A DNA stretch of 64,000 nt from Nitrospirota bacterium (lineage in GTDB: Bacteria; Nitrospirota; UBA9217): NCBI GenBank assembly GCA_963754875.1, contig CAVWHO010000016.1, positions 96,001 through 160,000 of the forward strand, in the 5' to 3' direction. Numbering within the stretch: the first letter of the stretch is position 1; each line of letters begins with the position of its first letter. A model generated the notes under the pieces. That model was not told the origin of the DNA. It was given only the letters and a program-made list of their open reading frames with translations, and did not search any database. Made by a program: the position numbers and the translations under genes. Shown one piece after another: positions 51,254 to 62,798 of the stretch.

Positions 51254-54223
51254 TCAGACTATCCGATTTTTGTCCAGAACTTCACGCACCTTGCGAAGGA
51301 AGGCATTCGGAGAGAATGGTTTAGAGATGAATTCCGTCCCACGGTCCAGGATACCCTTTTTGTGGATGATATTGGCTGTATATCCGCTCATGAAAAGCGC
51401 TTTGATGCCCGGCTTCAAGCCTCTGATCTTCTCATATACCACTTTTCCGTTTATACCGGGCATGACGACATCGAGAATGAGAAGCTCAACATGGGGGTTG
51501 GCTTTATACTCTTTGACGGCATCCTCGCCATTTTCAGCAAGTACAACGCGGTAGCCAAATTCCTCTAGGACCTTCTTCGCCAGGTTGCGCACCGCCTCAG
51601 CATCCTCTGCAAGGAGTATGGTCTCTGTGCCTCTGGTCACGGGCGGCATAACCGCGATATCGAGTTTTTCTGCATCACGCTCGATGGCCGGTAGATATAT
51701 TTTGAAGGTCGTGCCTTTCCCCGGCTCGCTGTAAACATTGATGTAGCCGTTGTGCTGTTTGACAATCCCGTACACTATGGAAAGCCCCAGACCCGTGCCT
51801 TTCCCCACGCCCTTCGTGGTGAAGAATGGCTCGAACATCTTTTCCTGGGTCTTTGCATCTATTCCTAGTCCCGTATCCGTCACTGATATACGCATGTATT
51901 TCCCGGGCTGTGCAAAGACATGCCGCCGGACATAGTCTTCATCAAATTCCTCGAGCTCGGTCTCAATGATCAGCATCCCGCCGTTCGGCATGGCGTCCCT
52001 CGCATTCGTGGCGAGGTTCATGAGCACCTGATCGATCTGGCCGGTGTCGGACAAGACCGTGGCTTCCTGAGAAGAAAGAACCGTCCTCAGTTCAATGTCC
52101 TCGCCGATGACCTTGGTTAGGATATTCTCGAGCTGCTTGATGACACCGTTCAAACGGGCAGGTTTGGGGTTTATGATTTGCTTTCTGCTGAATGCAAGGA
52201 GCCCCTGAGTAAGGCTCGTCGCCCGCTCTGCGGATGCGAGCACCTGTTCGACATGGCCATGGGCTGTGCTGTCGAGTGTAGTCTTCATAAGCAGAAGATT
52301 TCCGTAGCCGACGATGGCGGTGAGGATATTATTAAAATCATGCGCCACCCCGCCGGCAAGGAGACCCACCGCCTCCATCTTCTGTGCCTGAAAAAGCTGG
52401 GCTTCGAGGCTTTTCTTCTCCGAGATGTCGCGAAGGATGGTGTCGGACATCAGGACTCCTCCCTCTTTGTCATAGATTGCCTTGGATCTGGCGAATACAG
52501 GAATGTGCCTGCCGTCTCTTGCAAGAAGGGTTAGCGCGCCCTCAAAAAAGCCGGTGGTCCTCAGAGTTTCCATTTTACCCAAGACAACGTCCCTTTCCTC
52601 GGGTACAATGATATCTTTCAGAAGGCGTCCGGCGAGTTCCTCGAATTCGTATCCCAGGGTTTTCGCCTCAGTCTGGTTGCACATGATGATGTGCCCGCTC
52701 CGGTCGACTGAGTGCATCATATCCGGTGCATCGTCATAGAGCTTCCGATACCGCTCCTTGACCTCATCAAGCTGCTTTTCCAGAGTCACGAGGCCTGTCA
52801 CGTCCATGAGCGTTTCAATGACGGCGGTGATCGCGCCGGACGAACTCTTAAGGGGATATGCATTCGTTTCAAAATAGAGGGGCTTCCCGTCCTTGTCGGT
52901 GTGGGTATGGAGCGACCGGTGGCGTTCACCGGTTTCAAAGCATTTCTGCACTGTGCAGTCACATCCCCCTGCCTGCTTAAAACAGGGCTGGTCTATGTGG
53001 TGGGATATCTCATAGCAGTGTTTCCCGATGATTGAGTCACAGGACGTTTTCACCTGGTTGCAGTAGCCCTGATTCGCAGAAAGGATCCGGTAGTCCTTTC
53101 CGATAACCACCACACCTTCTCCGACGCCATCGAGCACCGCAGCACGGAAGGATTCCGACTCCCGCAATTTCTGCTCTGCTTCCTTTCTTTTACTCGCCAT
53201 GCGGTCAAAGGATTCTGCGACATCCTGGAGTTCGTCGTGGCCTGACAGTTTAAGAGTAACGGAGAGGTTGCCGAGCTCCATTTCCTTTAGACCAGCCTTA
53301 AGCAACTTGATATTGCCCGTTATCTTATTTGATAGGAGGAATGACAGAATAAGTGAAAATAAACTAACGATCAACAGGACAAGAATATAGCGCTTGCCGA
53401 ATGCGTAGGCTGGATGATAGGCAAGCTCTTTCGGCACCCCGACGATAACCGTCCAGCCTGTTCTGGTCAGCTTTTTGTAGCTGTAGAGTCGCTCTATGCC
53501 GTCCCCTCCTCTCTCTTTCAAGCTGCCATTGCTCCCGGCGATCAGTTGTATCACGCGTTGAGGGATTTTTCTACACGTGCTGATATTCTGCTCAGAGCCG
53601 GTACAAACCAGAATGTTGGCCTTGGAATCGACGATCGCGATGGAGTATCCTGCCTGCTCGGGCTGCGACTTCATGATCATAGCGCGGACAACTGCAAGGT
53701 TCAGTGGCATTCCAATTACTCCCACCTGCCTCTTACTGTTGTCGAACACAGGTATGGCAATCATGGTGGAAGGTATCTTGAATAGTTTCGAGACATGCAG
53801 ATCACCAACCACATCAACGCCCTTCCGTGCCCTCACAAACCAGTCCTTGTCGTTGTAGTTCAGTTTTCTCACACCCTGAGTAAACACGCCGCTTCCATAA
53901 TTATTACCATCCATATCAGCGGCGAGGATATTGAGATGAGCGGGATAGGAGGGAAGCAGTTCGCTGAATAGCCGATCGCAAGCCCTGGTGTCTTTGCTGA
54001 TGACAGCAGGGTACTTTGAAAGTGACCGGAGGGCTGAGAATGATGCATCAATGAGGTGATCGATATTTGTTGCAACGCTGCTCGCAATAATAAGATTACT
54101 GGTTTTGATGTCCTCTTTTTCGTATTTATACATCGAATAAACGTTGTAGCTGGAAAAGATAAGCAGGGGGACAAAAATCAAGAGGACAATGGATGCAAGC
54201 TTGTATTTAATCGGGATTCTCAT
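51254..54223 (-). CDS. Hybrid sensor kinase: Cache-like, HAMP, 2 PAS, HisKA, HATPase, REC
   Basis: YNDKDWF..A, TGWTVIV, DELQDVAESFDRM, LAGGVAHDFNN, GKGTGLGL, LILDVVMP. Confidence 0.93.
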   Translation of the reverse strand: MRIPIKYKLASIVLLIFVPLLIFSSYNVYSMYKYEKEDIKTSNLIIASSVATNIDHLIDASFSALRSLSKYPAVISKDTRACDRLFSELLPSYPAHLNILAADMDGNNYGSGVFTQGVRKLNYNDKDWFVRARKGVDVVGDLHVSKLFKIPSTMIAIPVFDNSKRQVGVIGMPLNLAVVRAMIMKSQPEQAGYSIAIVDSKANILVCTGSEQNISTCRKIPQRVIQLIAGSNGSLKERGGDGIERLYSYKKLTRTGWTVIVGVPKELAYHPAYAFGKRYILVLLIVSLFSLILSFLLSNKITGNIKLLKAGLKEMELGNLSVTLKLSGHDELQDVAESFDRMASKRKEAEQKLRESESFRAAVLDGVGEGVVVIGKDYRILSANQGYCNQVKTSCDSIIGKHCYEISHHIDQPCFKQAGGCDCTVQKCFETGERHRSLHTHTDKDGKPLYFETNAYPLKSSSGAITAVIETLMDVTGLVTLEKQLDEVKERYRKLYDDAPDMMHSVDRSGHIIMCNQTEAKTLGYEFEELAGRLLKDIIVPEERDVVLGKMETLRTTGFFEGALTLLARDGRHIPVFARSKAIYDKEGGVLMSDTILRDISEKKSLEAQLFQAQKMEAVGLLAGGVAHDFNNILTAIVGYGNLLLMKTTLDSTAHGHVEQVLASAERATSLTQGLLAFSRKQIINPKPARLNGVIKQLENILTKVIGEDIELRTVLSSQEATVLSDTGQIDQVLMNLATNARDAMPNGGMLIIETELEEFDEDYVRRHVFAQPGKYMRISVTDTGLGIDAKTQEKMFEPFFTTKGVGKGTGLGLSIVYGIVKQHNGYINVYSEPGKGTTFKIYLPAIERDAEKLDIAVMPPVTRGTETILLAEDAEAVRNLAKKVLEEFGYRVVLAENGEDAVKEYKANPHVELLILDVVMPGINGKVVYEKIRGLKPGIKALFMSGYTANIIHKKGILDRGTEFISKPFSPNAFLRKVREVLDKNRIV

Positions 54224-54421
54224 AATGATTATTTTCAGTTAACAATGTTCATTATATCATTAGTATCCGATTGTTACACGAATAATTTCAACTGGTTCCG
54301 TCATGAGTATCGGTTTCGTGATCAATCGCATTGTGAACTATTTTGAGAAATGGACTTTTTCTCAACAAGGTTGGCCTCGCCTCCAAAATCTATAAAATTG
54401 TATAGAGAATGCCGGGAATAT

Positions 54422-56023
54422 TTAGCTCCTGACAGTTTTAATATCAGCTGTGGCTTTGCCCAGCTCCACGGCGATATCCGAAAGATGCCACACTTCGCTA
54501 GTAACGTTGTCTGCCATTTTCTCCATGTCCCGTGAAATGCTTGAGGTGGATTCAATATTTTTCGCTATTTCCGCTGCCGTTGCCGACTGCTGCTCGACTG
54601 CCGTCGCAATCTGATTAATCTGGTCCTTCACCTTCGTGATCGACTCCGTGATGGTCTTGAGAACATTATTCAAGTTCTTGATATGCCCTGCGGCCTTCGT
54701 AACTCCCTTTGCAGATGCCGCCATCGAGGCCGCGGTCTGGCTGGACTCTGACTGGATCGCGCCGATTTCCGTCGAAATCTCCGCGGTCGCCTGAATGGTT
54801 CTTTCTGCCAATTTTCTTATCTCGTCAGCCACGACGGCAAACCCGACTCCCTGTTCTCCGGCCCGTGCAGCCTCTATTGCAGCATTCAAGGCAAGGAGAT
54901 TCGTTTGATCCGCGATACCCTTGATGACCGTCACGATGTTTCCGATCTCCGACGCCCTTTTGTTCAGCTTTTCGATCGTATTTGACAACTCCTGTGTCGA
55001 ACCGTTGAGTTCATTGATCGTATCCACGGAGATATTCGTTATCTGTTTCGCGTTCTCCGCTATTTCCATGGCATCCTTTGAGGTGTCGGCGGATTCACCG
55101 GCGTTTTTTGCTATGTCCGCGATGGTCTGGTTCATCTCCTCGGCAGCCACCGCGATCATGTGCGCCTGACCCGCCTGTTTTTTCGACCCTTCCGAGGTGG
55201 TTTCGGCGTGGCCTCTGACGATATCTACCGCGGGCATTATTTTGGCGGAAGCCTGAATAATAGTATTAAGCATGCGCGAAAAATGTTTGATGACCATGTC
55301 CACATTCTGCGACATTTGGGCTATTTCGTCTTTGCCTTCCCGGAAGAGCGAGGTATCGGTATATCCTTCCCCAACTCGCCTCACCTTTGCGATCAAGTCC
55401 TTCATGGGAGAATGGGTCAGGTGGACGAGACTCAGGACAATGATCGTCATAGCGATGATGCCGCATAGTCCAAGTACGCCGTAAAGAAATTGCATCGCCC
55501 GTATCCTGCCAAAGGATTCCCTGAGCGGCACTTTGATGCTGATGGCCCCTAGAACCGTTCCTTCCTTCACATTGTGGCAGGACAGACAGTTCTTGCCCAT
55601 AAATTTTTCTTTAGCGATATAGGGATATACCCCCCGGATGGAATCTCCTTCCATGATAATCCGTTCCACTCCTTTTTCGATAACCTCCCGGTCCAGGGCA
55701 TCGACGGCATACTCTTCGGCATTCCCTTTCCCAAAATCTCTATCCACGCTTTCCGACCGGATGACCCTCAAATCAACAATGGTCCGCATCTGTTCCAGGA
55801 AGGGCCCTTTGGTTTCCTTGATGTTGTTTGCCAGCATCATAGTCGTGAGGGTATTCAGGATAGTATCCCTGTATCCCGAAAGCGTCGAACGCTCTACCTC
55901 GTGAAGGACAATGGACTCTGTTTTATACCCCGTAACCACAGTTATAATAACTACCCCCAAGGTAATAAAAAAGAGGATCGGTGCGGCAAGCTTCCATTTT
56001 ATTGAGATATCCCTAATTTTCAT
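54422..56023 (-). CDS. Methyl-accepting chemotaxis protein with periplasmic CxxCH heme-c sensor (paralog of 14481-16088)
   Basis: [10 protein letters not shown]...[13 protein letters not shown] shared with the first [27 protein letters not shown] 56023. Confidence 0.93.
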   Translation of the reverse strand: MKIRDISIKWKLAAPILFFITLGVVIITVVTGYKTESIVLHEVERSTLSGYRDTILNTLTTMMLANNIKETKGPFLEQMRTIVDLRVIRSESVDRDFGKGNAEEYAVDALDREVIEKGVERIIMEGDSIRGVYPYIAKEKFMGKNCLSCHNVKEGTVLGAISIKVPLRESFGRIRAMQFLYGVLGLCGIIAMTIIVLSLVHLTHSPMKDLIAKVRRVGEGYTDTSLFREGKDEIAQMSQNVDMVIKHFSRMLNTIIQASAKIMPAVDIVRGHAETTSEGSKKQAGQAHMIAVAAEEMNQTIADIAKNAGESADTSKDAMEIAENAKQITNISVDTINELNGSTQELSNTIEKLNKRASEIGNIVTVIKGIADQTNLLALNAAIEAARAGEQGVGFAVVADEIRKLAERTIQATAEISTEIGAIQSESSQTAASMAASAKGVTKAAGHIKNLNNVLKTITESITKVKDQINQIATAVEQQSATAAEIAKNIESTSSISRDMEKMADNVTSEVWHLSDIAVELGKATADIKTVRS

Positions 56024-56246
56024 GGCGTCCCTTCTATGACCAACATCTTCGGTTGATTGCGCGATAGAACGCTTCTTCACACAGCGTAGCTACTTACACT
56101 TACAAACGGCGCTTTCGGGAAAGATCTCTTCCAAAGTCTTTTGAGTGCTGGAACGTCCCATTGCCGGTTGCCGAATCATAATTGAGCCCCAAGGTACGGA
56201 AATCGTATAATGCCAGAGTAAAGCAAGACGTTTGGTTCTGTATAAC

Positions 56247-56262
56247 AGCAGCAATGTAGCCA
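56247..56262 (-). promoter_or_regulatory. Possible sigma54 promoter for the second MCP
   Basis: Minus strand TGGCTACATTGCTGCT, GG-N10-GC. Confidence 0.35.
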
Positions 56263-56314
56263 AGGCAAATTTTCTTGTCAGTAAACGTACAACCATTCGA
56301 TAGACTGATCAGCG

Positions 56315-59074
56315 TTATGAATTTAGCACCTTTTCCAATACATTTTGTAGGTTATCAATACTGTAGGGTTTTTTGAGGAACGCCTTGAATCCCTGCTCTT
56401 TGTGTTTCGCTACAACGGAATCATCAGAGTATCCACTCGAAACAACAGCATTAGCTCCCGGATCGATTTCCAATAGTTTGTGAATTGTTTCAGCGCCTCC
56501 CATCCCGTCCCGGATCGTAAGATCCAGGATGACAACATCGAAAGGTTTCCCCAATTGCTTCGCCAATTGGTATTTATAAATCGCCTCCTCGCCATTCGCC
56601 GCGACTTGCACCTCATGCCCGAGAGCCCTAAGCAATTCCCCGCCGACATCACGGATAACCGGTTCATCGTCCATAAGAAGTACTTTACCAGTACGAACTG
56701 GTGAAGCTACTGCCGTCAGTTGCAAAGGCTCGGCTTGTTGTCTTGCAGCAACGGCTGGAAGATAAATAAAAAAGGTGCTTCCTTTGCCTGCCTCAGAATT
56801 TACATCAATCAGCCCGCCATGGTTTTTAACAATGGAATAGGACGTCGCTAGGCCTAAACCATTCCCTTTTTTCTTGGTCGTGAAATAGGGATCGAATATC
56901 CTAGCCAAGTGATGTTCCGGGATTCCAACGCCGCTATCCTTGATGGTAATCTCAATATATTTTCCTTTATACAAGCTCTGGGGCAGGACCTTATCAAACG
57001 ATTGGACGTTCCTCGCAGTTATCTCCACCAGACCTCCCTCTGTCATGGACTGATCCGCATTCATGACGAGGTTCTGAATCACCTGCCCAATCTGGCCCTC
57101 GTCCGCTTCAACCTGCCACAGGCCTCTATCAGCAACTATGTGGTAATCCGAGCGTGACCCACTCATCGCAAACTTAGCAGCATTATCAATTATCGGCAGG
57201 AGATCAAGCTGTTCTTTTACCGGCTTACCTCCCTTCGAAAAAGTCAAAAGCTGGTTTGTCAAAGTTACTGACATGTGCAGTGCCATCTCAGCCTGTTCGA
57301 GCGCAGCAAGGCACTTGGTTTGCTGGTCTACAGTAAGTCTTGCAAGGGAAATATAGCCAAACACACCCTGCAAAAGGTTGTTGAAGTCATGAGCAATGCC
57401 GCCAGCCAAGATCCCCATGGATTCAAGCTTCTGAACCCTCAGAGATTGCTCTTCCACCTTCTTGCGTTCGGAGATGTTGCTCACGATTCCCCGAAGTCCG
57501 ACAGATCGGTTATCTCGTACAATAGGGCTCGAAACGATGCTGATCGGAAATGTGGTTCCATCCTTCCGGAGCCCCTTAAAATCTCTGTACCCAGGTCGAA
57601 CTCCTTTATATCGGAGGGAAATAAGCTCCCCTGCCCTTTCGCGGTCGTCTGGGGCCACCACTTGCATTACATTCACGCCAGCATCGACATCTTGCTGCTG
57701 ATATCCGAAAACATCCAGACCGGCCCTGTTAATGTAAGTAATGCGCCCCTGCGGATCCGTTTCAAAGATCGTAAGTGGAAGAGATGCAGCCAGGTCTCGG
57801 AAACGCTCCTCGCTCTCCCGTAACGCCCCTTCCACCTTCTTTCTTTCGGTAATATCCCGTGTTACGCCAAGCAAAGCGACTATTTCGTCATTCCCATTTC
57901 GAAAAGGGACGGCATGGGTCTCCAGCCACAGATGCCTGCCTTTTATGCCAATTATCTCAAAAACCAGAATCCCGGACTCTCCTTTGAATACCTGTTTTGT
58001 CAGTTCCATGAAGTCTTTTTTATATTCTTCGGCGACCAAGGGGAGGACACTTTTGTCCTTAACCTGATCCAGTGAATCCACCTGGAGCATTGATAAGCCT
58101 CCCTTGTTCATCATGATAAGTTTTGCATCTGCATCAAGGAGTTTTACACATTCCGGCTCAGCGTCGATAATCGCCTGAAGCATATCTTCACTTTTCTTGA
58201 GTGCGATCTCTGCCTCTTTTCGTTCCTGAAGTTCACGTTCGAGGAGATTCTTGTCCACAGCAACATTCTGGATCCTTTTGACAAAGTTATCTATATCTAG
58301 CAGCATATTGTTGAATTCAACAAAACCGACATTGCTGCTGTTCGTTTCGAGTTTTGCCAAATCCCCAATACTACTGATATCCTGAATCTTCTGGTGAAAC
58401 AGCTCAGTAGCTTTGATAATCCGTGCATTTAAAAGCTTAGAGATAACGCTTGTCAAAATGAAGGGAACTGGAGACAAGAAAAAGAAATAAAGAATAAACT
58501 TCTTTTCAAGGTTTTTAATTGTTGGTCCTATGTCCTGCTGCACGCTCACTGCAGCTAATATGTTCCCTAGTCTCTCCTTACGGTGACACTCCAAACAAAC
58601 CCTTTTTGCCTCGACCGGATAAATATCGATCAGACGGAAACCCTTGCTATTATTAACAACAACGCCTCGTTTCAAAACGTTTTTTATATCATTATCCGTA
58701 TCCGTTCCATCGTTTCTGTAAAGTTTGATTTGATATTCAGTATCCCCTCTTATCCCGGCTGTGGAGGCAAGGAGTTCATCCAGGTCTTTGCTTGTCCAGC
58801 CTTTCTGCATAAGTAAATAGAGAGTGTTAAATGCCTGCCGGGAGACGGAGCGCGACATCTCTCTGGCCCTCTGTTCGATAACTTGCTGATAAACAGTAAA
58901 TGCTATAATGAAGGCGAGGCTGAAACTAATAAAAGAAATGATAAAAGTAGATATGCAGACAAAAGATTTCAGTCTATACTGCTTGCGGAGGATGGTTTGT
59001 AAGAACGGAGCTCTGGCGAGTAATCTTAGCATTAAGTTGTAGATCCTTATCAAAAACTTTATTAACGAATCCAC
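56315..59074 (-). CDS. Hybrid sensor kinase with periplasmic CxxCH, 2 PAS, HisKA, HATPase, REC
   Basis: YPVEAKRVCLECH between TMs; LAGGIAHDFNN, PYFTTK..GNGLGL, VILDLTI. Confidence 0.92.
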   Translation of the reverse strand: MDSLIKFLIRIYNLMLRLLARAPFLQTILRKQYRLKSFVCISTFIISFISFSLAFIIAFTVYQQVIEQRAREMSRSVSRQAFNTLYLLMQKGWTSKDLDELLASTAGIRGDTEYQIKLYRNDGTDTDNDIKNVLKRGVVVNNSKGFRLIDIYPVEAKRVCLECHRKERLGNILAAVSVQQDIGPTIKNLEKKFILYFFFLSPVPFILTSVISKLLNARIIKATELFHQKIQDISSIGDLAKLETNSSNVGFVEFNNMLLDIDNFVKRIQNVAVDKNLLERELQERKEAEIALKKSEDMLQAIIDAEPECVKLLDADAKLIMMNKGGLSMLQVDSLDQVKDKSVLPLVAEEYKKDFMELTKQVFKGESGILVFEIIGIKGRHLWLETHAVPFRNGNDEIVALLGVTRDITERKKVEGALRESEERFRDLAASLPLTIFETDPQGRITYINRAGLDVFGYQQQDVDAGVNVMQVVAPDDRERAGELISLRYKGVRPGYRDFKGLRKDGTTFPISIVSSPIVRDNRSVGLRGIVSNISERKKVEEQSLRVQKLESMGILAGGIAHDFNNLLQGVFGYISLARLTVDQQTKCLAALEQAEMALHMSVTLTNQLLTFSKGGKPVKEQLDLLPIIDNAAKFAMSGSRSDYHIVADRGLWQVEADEGQIGQVIQNLVMNADQSMTEGGLVEITARNVQSFDKVLPQSLYKGKYIEITIKDSGVGIPEHHLARIFDPYFTTKKKGNGLGLATSYSIVKNHGGLIDVNSEAGKGSTFFIYLPAVAARQQAEPLQLTAVASPVRTGKVLLMDDEPVIRDVGGELLRALGHEVQVAANGEEAIYKYQLAKQLGKPFDVVILDLTIRDGMGGAETIHKLLEIDPGANAVVSSGYSDDSVVAKHKEQGFKAFLKKPYSIDNLQNVLEKVLNS

Positions 59075-59202
59075 TCTAAGCCTTCTTTTTGGACACCTTA
59101 AAGAATGGCCGAAGCTAAATCACTGCACAGATTGTCAACGTCTTGAGGTGAAGGCAGGCATGCTCATAAGAATCAGAGATCATTGAAAAGATGTGACACA
59201 CC

Positions 59203-59853
59203 TTATTTTTTAAGCTGTGACAAAAGAGGATGGAAGTAATTTTTTATTTGCAGTGTTATCCCCCTGAATATCGTTTTGACAAGAACCTTAGTTGCACGCC
59301 GCCTTTTATCATCTGCGATGGCATCAATTACCCACAGTTCATCAACAAGATCGTCCTTGCATAAGCGTTTACTTGCCTGAAGCATGGATATATTCGGACA
59401 GAAGCTCGTAATTCCAATAAGCATCGATATATAGAAAGAGTCAATCTGCTGGTTATCCTCCGCACTTTTTTTTGCCTTTTCATAAGCGTATTCAAACACT
59501 GTAGGTTCTTTAGCGTTATTATCTATTCGTGCCTCATTAATCTTCTTATAAAGGACAGACACCTTCTTGTAATTCTTCTTCTCTTCCTTAACCACAAGCT
59601 CATGAAAATCACATGCCACGCAGTCCCTGAGTTTTAGGGCGTATATACCCCTAGGGGACCCGCCGCAGTAAGTGCCGGCGATCGCCCAACAGGCTCTACC
59701 AGCATTCATCCCGTCGTTAAAACCGTCGACACGTTCATCAACAGCCGCTGGGCAAGGGCCGTGTATTTTTGCTTTTTCCCCTCCGGGCTGCATATCGCAT
59801 TTTTTATATTCCCAGCAATTAAGCTTTGCTTGACCTATCATGATGTTGCTCAT
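59203..59853 (-). CDS. Two-CW domain protein with C-terminal extension
   Basis: NCWEYKKCDMQPGG...PCPA...NAGRACWAIAGTYCGG...CVACDF plus ~120 extra aa. Confidence 0.85.
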   Translation of the reverse strand: MSNIMIGQAKLNCWEYKKCDMQPGGEKAKIHGPCPAAVDERVDGFNDGMNAGRACWAIAGTYCGGSPRGIYALKLRDCVACDFHELVVKEEKKNYKKVSVLYKKINEARIDNNAKEPTVFEYAYEKAKKSAEDNQQIDSFYISMLIGITSFCPNISMLQASKRLCKDDLVDELWVIDAIADDKRRRATKVLVKTIFRGITLQIKNYFHPLLSQLKK

Positions 59854-59975
59854 AGAATTATAATGGCCTTTCCAGTGATCTAGTAACCCGGTTGTTCAAC
59901 TGTTGCAAGGATATTGTCACGGTCTTTAATGGAGCAGTTTAATTAGAATCGTGTAATTATAACACTATTTCGCGA

Positions 59976-60608
59976 TCAAGAGGCCTTTCTCAGCACATAT
60001 ATTTTGAAACCCGGCGCCTTTGAGGAAAGCTTCTTATTGACTGTAACCCGCTGACCTTCAATAATTTCCTCAAAGACCCTCGCAATGCTGGTAAATGTAA
60101 CTTTCATGAATGCGTCGATAGTCTTTAGTAATGGCGTGGGAATCGTTCCTTGCTTAACGAAATGATCAAAAACCAGGATTTCACCACCAGGCTTTACCAC
60201 CCTCACAGCCTCTGAAAATACCTTTTTAGGGTCAAAGGCCACCGTTAAAAAGAGCGTAAGCACGGCCTTATCGAAGTGATTATCCGGGTACTCCAATTCC
60301 TCGGCATCCATGACCCTCAGCTCCACATTATCAAGATGCAAATTCTTGGCTCGCAATGATGCTCCAGACAACATAACGTCACTCACATCAATCCCGACAA
60401 TACGATTGACAGTACTCGCAATGTATGGAAGATCGTTCCCCATGCCTATGCCAGGGATGAAGACAGTATCAGTCTGCTTAAACGACATGGCCTCAAGCGC
60501 CCTTTGCCGCTCCTTCTTGATCAAATACATAATGGGATCGTATACCAACGGGATAAAAGTATTGTAAGACAGGAGTTTGAGGGAATTTTTAAACAGATTG
60601 TTCTTCAT
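59976..60608 (-). CDS. Class I SAM-dependent methyltransferase (PmtA-like)
   Basis: VFIPGIGMG, VGIDVS..ML, MDAEEL.YPD..FD, RVVKPGG..FD.F. Confidence 0.85.
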   Translation of the reverse strand: MKNNLFKNSLKLLSYNTFIPLVYDPIMYLIKKERQRALEAMSFKQTDTVFIPGIGMGNDLPYIASTVNRIVGIDVSDVMLSGASLRAKNLHLDNVELRVMDAEELEYPDNHFDKAVLTLFLTVAFDPKKVFSEAVRVVKPGGEILVFDHFVKQGTIPTPLLKTIDAFMKVTFTSIARVFEEIIEGQRVTVNKKLSSKAPGFKIYVLRKAS

Positions 60609-60658
60609 AGATCCAACCTTTACCGATATCGTTTTATGAGCCCAGATCTGACTTGGTG

Positions 60659-61408
60659 CTATTTCTTACCAGAATTTTTTAACTTAGAAAACGCGTTATT
60701 AAACCGGCTAAAATAGGATGATACGTCCCTCGTACTGGTCGCAGCTGTTTCTTCCAAACCTACAAAAACTTCGTCAAGATAATTCAACGATCTTCCAAAA
60801 AGACCCAGGAACCAGTCAAACATGGTCGAACTTATATTAAACATGAGCATCATAATCACAAGTGGAATGATAATAAGCCAATGGTTCACTCCCAACAGAT
60901 CGGCAAACGTCACACGACCGAGATCGCCGATTTTCAGGAATGTATCCTTCCACTTGTCGTTGAAAAACTCTGCATAAACGATACTTCCTGCAATCATGCC
61001 TCCGATGGCCGGTATACCATCCAGCACTCCTTCGCCGACGGCAACAGTCGCAGTCCCTGGGCAATATCCCATGATGGCAATTCCGGCGCCAAACAGAAGA
61101 CCACCTAGAAGTTGGGGCAGAATGACAGTTTTCGGTATAGCCAGCTCTATGACATTGAGATCCTTAAAAAAATATATGAATATCATCCCTGCCATCAACA
61201 CGACGGAGCCGACCCTGAATACCGTAAAATCACGGAACCTGAATAATGATGTCACCACGTCGTATTTACAAACTCTGCTTTTCGACAACACGACGCCCCA
61301 TATTAAGCCAACAAGGAACCCGCCGTACAGACTTGCGGGACCCGCAATACTCTTGATTGTCTCAGGGTCGAATGTATTTTTTGCTCTTAAGACAAGTTCT
61401 GACCACAT
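60659..61408 (-). CDS. YeeE/YedE sulfur-compound transporter half (C-terminal type)
   Basis: GGLLFGAGIAIMGYCPGT; multiple TMs. Confidence 0.85.
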   Translation of the reverse strand: MWSELVLRAKNTFDPETIKSIAGPASLYGGFLVGLIWGVVLSKSRVCKYDVVTSLFRFRDFTVFRVGSVVLMAGMIFIYFFKDLNVIELAIPKTVILPQLLGGLLFGAGIAIMGYCPGTATVAVGEGVLDGIPAIGGMIAGSIVYAEFFNDKWKDTFLKIGDLGRVTFADLLGVNHWLIIIPLVIMMLMFNISSTMFDWFLGLFGRSLNYLDEVFVGLEETAATSTRDVSSYFSRFNNAFSKLKNSGKK

Positions 61409-61412
61409 ATCG

Positions 61413-61952
61413 CTACCTCTTTAGTGAATAACCTTTGCTGCCATAGAATGCCGCCGTTGTAACCACAGCGCCGATCCACAATGCTATCATGAAGATATAT
61501 CCTCCGGGTGATAGCTGTATCGCGGCCGATATCAGCAGTCCGCTCACGCATCCACCGGTAAGCCTGGCTGCAAATCCCATCATGACCCCAGCAACAAATG
61601 CCCATGCCCATCTACGCACTACCGACGCTCCATGAGTCGACTTCCACAACTCGGGCACCAATTTGATCTTGAAGTCACCTGAGGATTTCGCGGATATAAA
61701 TCCGCCGACCAGTAAGCCGAGAAGAAGTGTAAATGACCAGTCGATAACCGGCGTATATGCTTCCCAGTAACTGATCTTTTCAGAATGCGTTGGTGACATG
61801 AGGTATTCAATGATTGAACCTGCTACGGTAAAGCCCCTCGTAACGCCAAGCGGCCTCTCGGACATCGTAAAGGAGAGGAGCTCAACAAGAGCAAAAGAAA
61901 TCCCGGCAACTACAGGCCACCATCTTTTCTTTTTCAAAAATAGCATGGGCAC
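61413..61952 (-). CDS. YeeE/YedE sulfur-compound transporter half (N-terminal type)
   Basis: PLGVT, GLLVGGFISA, GVMMGFAARLTGGCVSG. Confidence 0.88.
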   Translation of the reverse strand: MPMLFLKKKRWWPVVAGISFALVELLSFTMSERPLGVTRGFTVAGSIIEYLMSPTHSEKISYWEAYTPVIDWSFTLLLGLLVGGFISAKSSGDFKIKLVPELWKSTHGASVVRRWAWAFVAGVMMGFAARLTGGCVSGLLISAAIQLSPGGYIFMIALWIGAVVTTAAFYGSKGYSLKR

Positions 61953-62286
61953 TCACCTCTTTATAGAAATATTTCAGAAACCGTCTACCACATTTGCCAG
62001 GTTCTTGTTGTTTCCCGCAGTCAACACGGGCAAAACAACGTCAGGTTTAAGCTAACCGTCATGTACCGCATGCAATCGCTTGTGAAAAAGCGCTCTAGCA
62101 GCGATAAATGGCTCAAGGCAAAACTTTTTTGCATGATCAGTTTAATTGTATTTCCGGCTTGTAATACATCATAAATGATACGACGCGTGCTGTCTGTATC
62201 CTATGATACATAGCAAGGGGAGAAGGACCACAAAGGGAGGGAAGTTTCAATATTCGATTTGCATTATAAATTGCGGTTTGGAAAGG

Positions 62287-62736
62287 CTAAGATCCGTCTT
62301 GGTTTTCTCTAAGCATCACGCGACCATGTTCATATGACGACATTTCAATGTTTGTTCTGCTGTCAAGAATCTTTACCTCGGGCTTAAGCCCGAGGGCTGA
62401 TCTAACACTTGCGATGTTACGCAGATACGACTTCCTATCCTTGAATGGCAACTGCTTCCATAAACGGCCATCTACCTTTATTTCCATAAGGTCATCAGTG
62501 CTCTGATATTCATAGATAAAATGATATGTTTCTTGATCTAAAAGCCGCGCTAATGTATTTTCGGCACTCCTTCTATCTTCGAGATTGGAGTTCGTTGTAA
62601 CAGTGGCTGTTGTTCTATCTCCTCTAAGTGATTTATAGGATTTATAAACAAGCAAAGATAAGGATATAATTAACAGTATTCCCAGAATCAACAAAACAAC
62701 AAGCTTCAAGCCTGTTTTAATGCTTACGACATGCAT
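62287..62736 (-). CDS. Hypothetical membrane-anchored protein
   Basis: N-terminal TM; GGGAG RBS. Confidence 0.6.
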   Translation of the reverse strand: MHVVSIKTGLKLVVLLILGILLIISLSLLVYKSYKSLRGDRTTATVTTNSNLEDRRSAENTLARLLDQETYHFIYEYQSTDDLMEIKVDGRLWKQLPFKDRKSYLRNIASVRSALGLKPEVKILDSRTNIEMSSYEHGRVMLRENQDGS

Positions 62737-62798
62737 TATGTCTCCCTCTTATTTTACACTTGTCATATCCGGCTGCACTAGTCAGCCAGGTTCCGAGA

